A stretch of DNA of 11,327 bases from an uncultured Deinococcales bacterium (GTDB taxonomy: Bacteria; Deinococcota; Deinococci; Deinococcales; JAAFIG01), in the NCBI GenBank assembly GCA_964247135.1, contig CAXTTL010000159.1:1-11327 (forward strand), in the 5' to 3' direction. The notes under the pieces were generated by a model that was not told the DNA's origin, searched no databases, and saw only the letters and a program-made list of their open reading frames with translations. Shown here piece after piece: positions 1 to 7,753 of this stretch (position 1 is the first letter of the stretch; each line of letters begins with the position of its first letter). Made by a program: the position numbers and the translations under genes.

Positions 1-1
1 A

Positions 2-2101
2 AGCGAACAACAACTGATTCAAAGTCTGGCGCAACTGGTGCAAAGTGCCTCGAGCGCCTACACCAAATTCCAGCAAACCCACAAAACCACCACCGCCAAA
101 ACCCAAGCCGACACGATAGCCGAATTCACCAAAATCCTGACCAGTTCCGACACCGCCTTCCAAGCCGCACTCGAGCAACTCGCCACCAGCCTCGAGAAAG
201 CCGCCAGCGACTACGGCACGGCATTGGTCGCGCACGCCAACGGACCAGATTTTGCCGCCGCCTTGACGGCTGCCGAAGCCAAAGCCGCCGCCGATGTCCA
301 ACCGCGTTGGAAGGGTTTACTCAAAATTCTTTTGATCATCGTGGTGGTCGTCGTGATCGCCCTGGTCATTGGTCCAGCCGTGATCGGTGCGGTTGGCGCG
401 TTCGCCGCCACGATGGGTGCGGGAGCCGCCGCCGGCGCCATCGGCGCGATTGTTGGCGGCGCAATCGTCGGCGCGTTATCGGGCGCGGTCATTCAAATGG
501 GCAGCAACGCCATCGACGGTAAAGCCATCTTTGAGGGCGTCGGACAAGCCATGCTGGTCGGCGCGATCAGCGGCGCGATTGGCGGCGGACTCGGTTACGC
601 CTTCTCGAGCGGCGCCAATGCCGCCGCCACATCCTCGAGAACCATGCTTTCAGCCATCGGCAGCAAAGCCAACAGTTTTGCGGGCAAAATGATTCTCGAT
701 CAGGTCAACGGTGTGGTCAGCAGTCAATTCTCGAGTTTGCTGACCACCGGAAAATTCCAAGACTTTGGGGACATGCTGAGAGACCCCAGCATGTGGATTG
801 GCGTGGGCGTCAGCGCCGCCAGCCACGCTGGAGGACCTCGAGTTGGAATAAGCGGCGAACCCACTCGACCCGCCAACAAGCTCGAGCTGATTCAAGAACG
901 GGCATCGGCTGCCGGTGAACGGTTCGGGCAAGACCTCGGTGTGCGCACCATGCAAGGTCTGGGAAGTCGCCCCAACATTGGCGTCAAAACCAACACGAGC
1001 CTCGAGCCAGGACAGCAACGCATCAACACCAACGAAGGTGCGGCAAAAGTCGAAGTCGGGCAGAACTCGCACCCAGAGGATGTTCGGGCACACCAAGATG
1101 TGGCGACACAGCATGTTCTCGAAAATGGTCCAATCGCCAAATTAAAGCAACGCCTCGGTATCGGTGAGGCAAACGAAGCCCCACCTGGCAGCAAAGCCCG
1201 TCAACTTGAAACCGAAGCCTTAAAACACGAAGCGATGTCGGATTGGCGTTTTGCCGAATCGGAACGTCAAGCCAAACTGGGCAACAAAGCCGAATCAGAC
1301 CGTTTACGCCAAGAAGCCCATGATTTACGCGAAGCCAGTCACGATTACCTCGAGCAATCTCGAGACATCAATGCCCGCAACCAACCAGGTGACGGTCAAA
1401 TCGATGGTGGTAAAAAAATCTATGACAACCACGACGATGTTAAAGATTTGCTGGGTAAACCATTTGACAAGACAAAAGTGCCAGATGGCTATACCACGTT
1501 TGAAATAGAAGGTGGTCGCAAGATCGTTGCTAAAGTAAGACCAGATGGAAGAATTGATATCAAACAAGCTGTTTTGCTTGTCAATGAAAAAGGTAATGTT
1601 TCTGTGAATGCACAAAGTCGCGTCAGTTATGACTACATTAGTATTTATGAAAATAGCCCAAATGCACGCCCTGGTATTAGCTTTGGTAAAGATGGCTATA
1701 CCGTTCACCATATGATTACCGATAAAATTTCGACAGGACATCCGTTAACTGTTAAAGCAATGGAATTGATTGGGTTTAATGTTGATACACCAGCCAATTA
1801 TGCAGCAATGCCAATGAAAGATCAATTTTTTAAATTGGACGGAACTGAAGTAGGACATTGGTCTTCGCATCCAGAATTTGATAAGATAGTAATTACTAAA
1901 TTAGATCGTATTCAAACCGCTCTCGAATTAAAATATGGTGAAACACCAGACTGGTCTGCTCACCCTCAGAGAGCACAGATTGAAGCTGAACTTAGACAAC
2001 GTATCCAAAATTTACAGGATGAAATTTTCGAGGATATTAGAACTGGTAATGTTCCGCAAACTAATGAAGGAACAACACATGGTGCTGGTAGAATTAACTA
2101 A
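2..2101 (+). CDS. Polymorphic toxin, 5'-truncated by the window, with a hydrophobic Gly/Ala-rich segment and a C-terminal AHH-like (HNH/EndoVII superfamily) nuclease domain
   Basis: The frame is open from position 2 (SEQQLIQSLAQLVQSA...), so the real start lies upstream. Hydrophobic stretch LLKILLIIVVVVVIALVIGPAVIGAVG...GAIVGGAIVGALSG at ~316-500. The C-terminus has VHHMI (1703-1717), GFNVDTPANYAAMP and GHWSSHPEFDKIV (1853 onward), matching the AHH pattern xHH..GF.i....N...lP..H...H..Y/F...V. Immunity-like genes follow immediately. Confidence 0.85.
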   Translation, partial: SEQQLIQSLAQLVQSASSAYTKFQQTHKTTTAKTQADTIAEFTKILTSSDTAFQAALEQLATSLEKAASDYGTALVAHANGPDFAAALTAAEAKAAADVQPRWKGLLKILLIIVVVVVIALVIGPAVIGAVGAFAATMGAGAAAGAIGAIVGGAIVGALSGAVIQMGSNAIDGKAIFEGVGQAMLVGAISGAIGGGLGYAFSSGANAAATSSRTMLSAIGSKANSFAGKMILDQVNGVVSSQFSSLLTTGKFQDFGDMLRDPSMWIGVGVSAASHAGGPRVGISGEPTRPANKLELIQERASAAGERFGQDLGVRTMQGLGSRPNIGVKTNTSLEPGQQRINTNEGAAKVEVGQNSHPEDVRAHQDVATQHVLENGPIAKLKQRLGIGEANEAPPGSKARQLETEALKHEAMSDWRFAESERQAKLGNKAESDRLRQEAHDLREASHDYLEQSRDINARNQPGDGQIDGGKKIYDNHDDVKDLLGKPFDKTKVPDGYTTFEIEGGRKIVAKVRPDGRIDIKQAVLLVNEKGNVSVNAQSRVSYDYISIYENSPNARPGISFGKDGYTVHHMITDKISTGHPLTVKAMELIGFNVDTPANYAAMPMKDQFFKLDGTEVGHWSSHPEFDKIVITKLDRIQTALELKYGETPDWSAHPQRAQIEAELRQRIQNLQDEIFEDIRTGNVPQTNEGTTHGAGRIN

Positions 2102-2109
2102 GGGAAAAG

Positions 2110-2817
2110 ATGAGTGATAAAGTATACCAATTATTACAGAATATAGGTCGCTTGGGCAGTATGCCAAGCGGTGATGCTTTTGATTTAAGAGATTTTGAAT
2201 TCCCTACAGAATCTGAACTATGGCATACACATGCTAATAGACCACTTAAATTACCCGAAACAGTTTTCTTTTATATGAATTCAAATCTTAAATTTATTAA
2301 AGAACTTGATATGCTATACGCAGATGCTGGAAATTACGTTGTTTCACAACGTTTAATAGATGTCTTACTGTCGGTAAAGAATTTTAATTATCGAAAATAT
2401 AAAATTGCCATTTTAGAAGAAGGGGCAATTCGATTTCAGAAAAATCCAGATGGCTATAAATCCCCGAAACCGTACTCAAATCCAGAAGAGTTTAAGAAAA
2501 AAAGCCTTCGAGATGACATGTACATTTTTCAACCACTCGAGATTTTATCCGATGTTTTTGACTGGGAAAATTCTGTATATAAACAATATGATTATGATAA
2601 AGAAATAAATGTACCTTCTTCAGTTCGAGAATTTGTTTTAAAAGAACCGACAGGTGGATTTCCACCCGTATTTAGATTAAAAGAAGACCCTGTAACATTG
2701 TTTATTTCTGCTGAGGCTCGAGAAGCCTTAAAAAAGGCAGATATAAAAGGAACTTCATATCTATCATTAAAAGGTTATGCCATTGGTAGACAAAAAGAGA
2801 TTGATGTTCCCATTTAA
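2110..2817 (+). CDS. Immunity protein, Imm11/DUF1629-like; probable cognate antitoxin (copy 1)
   Basis: ATG 8 nt after the toxin stop, preceded by purine-rich AGGGAAAAG. Motifs VVSQRLIDVL and PPVFRLKEDPVTLFISAEAREALKKADIKG resemble the Imm11 pattern FRL....lfvS...k.al....i.G. Imm11 is commonly paired with AHH toxins. Family assigned by motif recognition, not by HMM search. Confidence 0.75.
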   Translation: MSDKVYQLLQNIGRLGSMPSGDAFDLRDFEFPTESELWHTHANRPLKLPETVFFYMNSNLKFIKELDMLYADAGNYVVSQRLIDVLLSVKNFNYRKYKIAILEEGAIRFQKNPDGYKSPKPYSNPEEFKKKSLRDDMYIFQPLEILSDVFDWENSVYKQYDYDKEINVPSSVREFVLKEPTGGFPPVFRLKEDPVTLFISAEAREALKKADIKGTSYLSLKGYAIGRQKEIDVPI

Positions 2818-2943
2818 ATATTAATCTTTTTAAATCTGAACTACTAAGATTTTTTTGCTTTTAAGACACTTGAGTATTATGGAATTGCCAATATTAACTC
2901 GAGAAACCTATCCTCAAAACTTAGGTTAACGAAAGAATACTAC

Positions 2944-3615
2944 GTGGCATATGAATTAAACAATGATATTAGAAGATTATCTTTTATGGAACGTGGCGAC
3001 GCCTATGATTTAAAAAGTTTTTCGTTTTCAAAATCAGCAGAACTACTTCGCACATATGAACCTAGGTTGCTTGACTTACCCGAGGTATCATTTTTTTATG
3101 TATATTCTAAGAAAAGTTTTGTTGAAAGACTAGATTCACTATATACTCATGGAGTTCAATGTGTGTTTTCGCAAAAAGCTATAGATGTATTATTATCTGT
3201 AAAAGACTTTGAACATCGAAAATACGCAACCGCAATTCTGGCTGAAGATTTACCAGATTCTAAAAATCCGTATGATAATCCAGATTTTTATAAGACTAAA
3301 AGTTTGAGAGATGACTTATTTATTTTTCAAACACTCGAGTTTCTAGATATTTTTGACTGGGAAAAATCAAAGTATCGCCAGACAGATCTCAATAAAGAAG
3401 TTGGATCACCTGGTAGGGTTAGTGAATATGTATTTCGAGAACCTTCTAGTGGATTCCCGCCGCTTTTCCGTCTTCCTTATCAACCTGCCCATTTATTTAT
3501 TTCACATGATGCACGTCAAGCATTAAGGTTAAACAATATTAAGGGTTTTTCATTTTCAAAACTTAATGATTTATGGAATTCTGAAGTTGATACACCAATT
3601 TCGAATAAATTATAG
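2944..3615 (+). CDS. Immunity protein, Imm11/DUF1629-like, divergent paralog (copy 2)
   Basis: Shares GDAYDL, LLSVKDF..RKY..AIL, KSLRDD..IFQ.LE, FDWE.S.Y and GFPP.FRL with copies 1 and 3. The GTG start is uncertain. Confidence 0.75.
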   Translation: MAYELNNDIRRLSFMERGDAYDLKSFSFSKSAELLRTYEPRLLDLPEVSFFYVYSKKSFVERLDSLYTHGVQCVFSQKAIDVLLSVKDFEHRKYATAILAEDLPDSKNPYDNPDFYKTKSLRDDLFIFQTLEFLDIFDWEKSKYRQTDLNKEVGSPGRVSEYVFREPSSGFPPLFRLPYQPAHLFISHDARQALRLNNIKGFSFSKLNDLWNSEVDTPISNKL

Positions 3616-3672
3616 TTGCTCATAATAATATATTTAACTGTAATTAATCGATCAAAAAACACTAAGTAAAAA

Positions 3673-4380
3673 ATGAATGAAATTGCGTATCAATTATTGC
3701 AAAGCTTAAGTCGCTTGGGCAGTATGCCAAGCGGCGACGCTTTTGATTTAAGAGCTTTTGATTTTCCTAGAGCATCAGATTTATGGCAAACACACTCGGA
3801 TAGACTGCTTGAATTACCGGAAACTACTTTCTTTTACATGTATTCAAATCTTAAATACATCAAAGAACTTGATGTCTTATACCCACATTCAGGAAAGCCT
3901 ATTTTTTCTCAGCGTTTAATTGATACACTTTTGTCAGTGAAGAATTTTAATTACCGAAAATACAAAATTGCTATTTTAGAAGAAGGTGCAGTTAAATTTC
4001 AAAAAAATTCAGATGGTTATAAATCTCCTGAGCCATACGCAAATCCAGAAGAGTTTAAGAAAAAAAGTCTTCGGGACGATATGTACATTTTTCAATCGCT
4101 CGAGATTCTATCTGATGTTTTTGATTGGGAAAACTCTATTTATCGACAAAGCGAACTCAGCAAAGAAGTTGGTTCGCCTGGTCATGTACAGGAATTTATT
4201 TTAAAAGAACCCAAGAGAGGTTTCCCACCAATATTTAGATTAAAAGAAAGTCCAGTAACACTATTTATTTCTGCTGAAGCTCGAGAAGCACTAAAAAAAG
4301 CTGGTATTAAAGGAGCTTCATATCTATCATTGAAAGGCTACGCTATTGGTAGGCAAGATGAAGTTGATGTCCCCATTTAA
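3673..4380 (+). CDS. Immunity protein, Imm11/DUF1629-like (copy 3), close paralog of copy 1
   Basis: Same length (235 aa) as copy 1 and aligns without gaps. Hand count gives about 56 differences (~76% identity). Confidence 0.78.
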   Translation: MNEIAYQLLQSLSRLGSMPSGDAFDLRAFDFPRASDLWQTHSDRLLELPETTFFYMYSNLKYIKELDVLYPHSGKPIFSQRLIDTLLSVKNFNYRKYKIAILEEGAVKFQKNSDGYKSPEPYANPEEFKKKSLRDDMYIFQSLEILSDVFDWENSIYRQSELSKEVGSPGHVQEFILKEPKRGFPPIFRLKESPVTLFISAEAREALKKAGIKGASYLSLKGYAIGRQDEVDVPI

Positions 4381-4530
4381 ATATTAATCTCTTTAAATCT
4401 GAGCTAATAAGACTTTTTTGCTTTAAGACACTCGAGTGCTATGGAGCTATTTGTATTAACTCGAGAAGCTCTGATAAAAGTTGTCCAAATGCAGCGTTTA
4501 TTATCTGAAGTTTTATTTAGTAGGTAATAC

Positions 4531-5160
4531 ATGACTATTGACCAACAGGAAAACGATATTGAAGTTATAGAAAACGCGTGGAAAACGCAAAATTTTGATA
4601 AAGATATAGTTCAAAATCTCATAAAAAAATTTTCTAAATCGAAAAATGAAAAATTGCTTGAGATTCTCAGGGAGTCATTGAGTTCAGAAAATAATTTTTG
4701 ACGCAGGATAGCGGTTGACAAACTAATTTATTACAAAGATAAGATAAATTATTAAAATATTAAACTAATTAAAAAAATTATTGAAGCTGATGAAGATTCT
4801 AACTTCTGGCTTTTGTTAATAAAGATAGTGAATATTTTTTTTTATAAAAGACTTCATGTCGAGAAAGATAAGTATGTGTTGTCAGCACTCGTTGTTTCGA
4901 TTCTAACCATCAACGAAATACCACCTTATACGGAATTAACGAGAACACTCCGTTATTCCGCTTCGCTCCACAACTCCGTTAACCTCGTTGATTCCGTACT
5001 TTTGCCACTCCCGTTGGTCGGGGGAACAGTCGATAAAGCATGACTGTTCCCCGCAATTTGGTATTACTTGTCTTTGCCATTTTCTGATCAGATTTCCTCG
5101 GGTGAAATTCAAATCACTGACAAAGTGATACAGGATTTTATTCGTAAAAACTCGAGTTAA
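4531..5160 (+). pseudogene. Decayed HEAT-repeat-like gene, probably an orphan immunity protein
   Basis: ATG at 4531 after TAGGT. One frame reads MTIDQQENDIEVIENAWK...LLEILRESLSSENNF*RRIAVDKLIYYKDKINY*NIKLIKKIIEADEDSN...KRLHVEKDKYVLSALVVSILTINEIPP[insert]YLSLPFSDQISSGEIQITDKVIQDFIRKNSS*. In-frame stops at 4699-4701 and 4753-4755. Repeated L..(D/E).(D/N)...R..A helical units are HEAT-like. Confidence 0.6.
4929..5063. mobile_element. 135-bp MITE-like / Deinococcus SRE-like small repeat with a TTA target-site duplication
   Basis: TTA at 4926-4928 and 5064-5066. Imperfect terminal inverted repeats TACGGAATT / AATTTGGTA (7 of 9 match). Internal 15-bp stem (4929-4943 with 4984-4998, one G-T pair) and a perfect 11-bp stem GGGGAACAGTC/GACTGTTCCCC (5021-5031 with 5042-5052). 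More GC-rich than its flanks. Removing it with one TTA rejoins CCT-TAC-TTG in frame. Confidence 0.75.
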
Positions 5161-5247
5161 AGATGCAAATATTCGTCGCCTGACGTTCCAAAACCGCTCA
5201 CAAGCAACAACTTGTTGCAAATTTGGCATCCACAATTTCGGCTCGAG

Positions 5248-5736
5248 TTAGTCGAATGGCAATACCAAATCCGTGTCCACATTTCCTGGCAATGGATGCT
5301 CGAGAATGCGGGCGAGTGCCAGCAGTTGCCCTTTGTGGTGAAATTCGTGGGTGATCGGGTGCAGCAACAACCAACGTTGCGTGACTTTTAACGGTCCAGA
5401 ACGGTGCGCAAACTCAAATGGTTCGTCTGGGGTCCTAAATTTCTCGAGCGCCTCTTCCACGATTTTGTCTACAAACTTAAACCGTTCGCGTATGGCGCTT
5501 GCATCCAAGATTTGTTCGGCTGGCACGATCAGGTCTTCGCGTTTGTAACCCAGCGCAACGCCAGCCCAAGCCAGGTAGCAAAAGGCAACATGGGCGTGAA
5601 TGTTGCGAATGCTGCCGTAGGCAAAATCGGGTCGCTCGAGAATATAAATCTCGTTTGGTAGGCTGTCAGTAAACTCGAGCAGGACTTCGCGGGTGCGGCG
5701 GACGAGGTCGTACATCACCTTCAAATCATCGTTCAT
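5248..5736 (-). CDS. DinB/YfiT (DinB-like putative metalloenzyme) family protein; not DNA polymerase IV
   Basis: Motifs GSIRNIHAHVA...W and LLHPITHEFHHKGQL give the three-His site of the DinB four-helix family. ATG at 5736, with an alternative GTG at 5742. Lies 9 nt downstream of bcp. Confidence 0.85.
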   Translation of the reverse strand: MNDDLKVMYDLVRRTREVLLEFTDSLPNEIYILERPDFAYGSIRNIHAHVAFCYLAWAGVALGYKREDLIVPAEQILDASAIRERFKFVDKIVEEALEKFRTPDEPFEFAHRSGPLKVTQRWLLLHPITHEFHHKGQLLALARILEHPLPGNVDTDLVLPFD

Positions 5737-5745
5737 TCGCACAGC

Positions 5746-6210
5746 TTACGCCATGACAGCTTGCTGTTTCTTGAGGATTTGCAGAACTTCGGTGGCGTGA
5801 CTGAGCGGATTCACGAATTTCCAGTGGTGCGCGAGCTTGCCTTGCGGATCAATTAAAAAAGTTTGACGGTCTGCATTGCCGAGTAACGCCATAAAACCAT
5901 TGATGACCCCATACGCTTTGGCAATGCTTTTATCGGTGTCGGGCAACAACAAAAAGGTCAGGTGGCATTTTTCACGGAATTTTGTTTGTGAGGCGCTCGA
6001 GCCTGTGCTGACGCCGATCACTTGGGCGCCCAGTTTGACAAATTCTGGCAACGATTGCTCGAAACGTTGCGCCTCAATGCTGCAACCGAGCGAACTGTCT
6101 TTGGGGTAAAAGTACAAAATCACCCATTGCCCACGGAATTGCTCGAGGCTGATGATTTCACCCGTATCGCTGGTGGCAGAAAAGTTTGGGACGGCTTGGG
6201 AAATGTTCAC
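5746..6210 (-). CDS. bcp: Peroxiredoxin, BCP/PrxQ subfamily
   Basis: APNFSA...ISLEQFRGQWVILYFYPKDSSLGCSIEA carries the PxxxS/TxxC peroxidatic motif. Also GAQVIGVS, LLPDTDKSIAKAYGV and RQTFLIDPQGK. Confidence 0.92.
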   Translation of the reverse strand: MNISQAVPNFSATSDTGEIISLEQFRGQWVILYFYPKDSSLGCSIEAQRFEQSLPEFVKLGAQVIGVSTGSSASQTKFREKCHLTFLLLPDTDKSIAKAYGVINGFMALLGNADRQTFLIDPQGKLAHHWKFVNPLSHATEVLQILKKQQAVMA

Positions 6211-6301
6211 GCTTGCAGGTTACTGGTTTTAATGGTGATAAACCGTAGGCGAAACTCGAGATGCAATGTATTGCGCGGCACTCGAGTACAATAGCCAAAT
6301 C
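6211..6301. promoter_or_regulatory. Compact divergent promoter region with candidate leaderless -10 boxes for bcp and glcD
   Basis: Minus strand: TAACCT (6222-6217) sits 6 nt before the bcp GTG. Plus strand: TACAAT (6287-6292) sits 9 nt before the glcD ATG at 6302. Neither start has an obvious Shine-Dalgarno sequence. Confidence 0.45.
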
Positions 6302-7753
6302 ATGCTCGAGCCTCTCGCCATTCTGACCGATTTACGCCGTGTTCTGGGTGAAGCTCGAGTCATGACCAAACCCGCGCAATTGGCGACGTATGAATCCGAT
6401 GCGCTGACCAGTTTTAAAGCCAGGGCGTTGGCGGTGGTCATGCCAGAAACCGAACTCGAGGTGGTTGAGGTGGTCAAAATCTGTCACAGGCACCGTGTTC
6501 CGTTCGTGGCTCGAGGTTCGGGCACAAGTTTGTCGGGCGGCAGTCTGCCAGTGGCGGACGGCGTGGTGATCGCCTTGAATAAGCTCAACAAAATCCTCAA
6601 ACTCGACCCACTCGAGCGTGTGGCAATCGTCCAACCTGGCGTGACGAACCTGGCGGTGTCGACGGCTGCCGCACCGTTTGGCTTGTACTACGCGCCCGAC
6701 CCCTCGAGCCAACAGATTTGCACGATTGGCGGCAACGTGGCGTTCAATTCTGGCGGGGCGCACTGCCTGAAGTACGGCATGACCAGCAACCACGTGCTCG
6801 GTTTAAAAGTGCTCTTGCCCGACGGCGAGGTGCTCGAGTTAGGAGGCTCGAGTTTGGAAGGTGTGGGCGCCGATTTACACGGCTTGTTCGTGGGGTCGGA
6901 GGGTTTGTTCGGCATCGCGCTCGAGGTGACATTGCGCCTGCTGCCCAAACCCCAGCGGTATCGCACGGTGCTGGCGGCGTACCGTTCGCTCGAGGCGGCG
7001 GGCGATGCGGTTGCCAGCGTGGTGTCCAGCGGCTTGCTGCCTGGCGCAATGGAAATCATGGACGCTTTGGCAATCGAGGCGGCGGAGGCAGCCGTTCACG
7101 CGGGTTATCCCAAAGATGCGGCGGCGTTGCTGATCGTCGAACTCGAGGGTGAGGACCGCGCCATCGAAGCCGAATTTATAGAACTCGAGCAGGTGATTCG
7201 GGCGTCTGGGGCTTATGAAGTGCGCATTGCGCAATCCGAACTCGAGCGTCTGACGATTTGGAAGGGACGCAAGAGCGCGTTTAGTGCCGTCGGACGTTTA
7301 AGCCCCGATTACATTGTCCAAGATGGCGTCGTGCCGCGCGGTAAACTTGGGCTGGCGCTCAAAGAAATTGGGCGCCTCTCGAGCGTGGCGGGATTGCGGG
7401 TGGCGAACGTTTTTCATGCGGGCGACGGCAATTTGCACCCACTGATTTTGTTCGATGGGCGCGAACCTGGGGCGCTACGGAGGGCAGAACAGCTTGCAGG
7501 TGAAATCCTCGAGTTGTGCGTTCGTTTGGGCGGCAGCATCACCGGCGAACACGGCGTTGGCGTCGAAAAACGCGAACACATGCCGATCATGTTTTCACTT
7601 GGTGATCTCGAGGTCATGAAACGCTTGCGGCTTTCAATCGATTCGCTCGAGTTGAGCAACCCTGGAAAAATGTTCCCCAGCGGCGAAGCCCCCGCGCTCG
7701 TCTCTCACGCGCCGCATCCGCTCGAGCGGGCTGGCATCATCACCAGGGAATGA
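6302..7753 (+). CDS. glcD: Glycolate oxidase/dehydrogenase FAD-linked subunit GlcD
   Basis: Motifs [68 protein letters not shown] and [17 protein letters not shown] 6302 chosen over the upstream ATG at 6266. Confidence 0.93.
   Translation: MLEPLAILTDLRRVLGEARVMTKPAQLATYESDALTSFKARALAVVMPETELEVVEVVKICHRHRVPFVARGSGTSLSGGSLPVADGVVIALNKLNKILKLDPLERVAIVQPGVTNLAVSTAAAPFGLYYAPDPSSQQICTIGGNVAFNSGGAHCLKYGMTSNHVLGLKVLLPDGEVLELGGSSLEGVGADLHGLFVGSEGLFGIALEVTLRLLPKPQRYRTVLAAYRSLEAAGDAVASVVSSGLLPGAMEIMDALAIEAAEAAVHAGYPKDAAALLIVELEGEDRAIEAEFIELEQVIRASGAYEVRIAQSELERLTIWKGRKSAFSAVGRLSPDYIVQDGVVPRGKLGLALKEIGRLSSVAGLRVANVFHAGDGNLHPLILFDGREPGALRRAEQLAGEILELCVRLGGSITGEHGVGVEKREHMPIMFSLGDLEVMKRLRLSIDSLELSNPGKMFPSGEAPALVSHAPHPLERAGIITRE

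Larger units (their letters stand above)
2110..4467 (+). repeat. Diverged direct duplication: 2110-~2905 versus 3673-~4467 (immunity gene plus ~85 bp of downstream non-coding DNA)
   Basis: After both stop codons the sequence continues ATATTAATCT.TTTAAATCTGA.CTA.TAAGA.TTTTTTGCTTT(T)AAGACACT(T/C)GAGT..TATGGA...TATTAACTCGAGAA, then diverges. Confidence 0.9.

Noticed and set aside
5021-5052. The 11-bp GC-rich hairpin as a standalone rho-independent terminator
   Set aside because: There is no clear U-tract on either strand, and it lies inside the inserted element. Incidental termination cannot be excluded.
4813-5235. ORFs 4813-5043 (+) and 4936-5235 (-) as independent genes
   Set aside because: The first is a pseudogene fragment reading into the MITE. 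The second is an antisense frame across the MITE with no recognisable protein features.
5248-5736. Calling the DinB-family gene dinB (DNA polymerase IV)
   Set aside because: At about 162 aa with a His-triad helical-bundle motif, it belongs to the unrelated DinB/YfiT family, not the Y-family polymerases.
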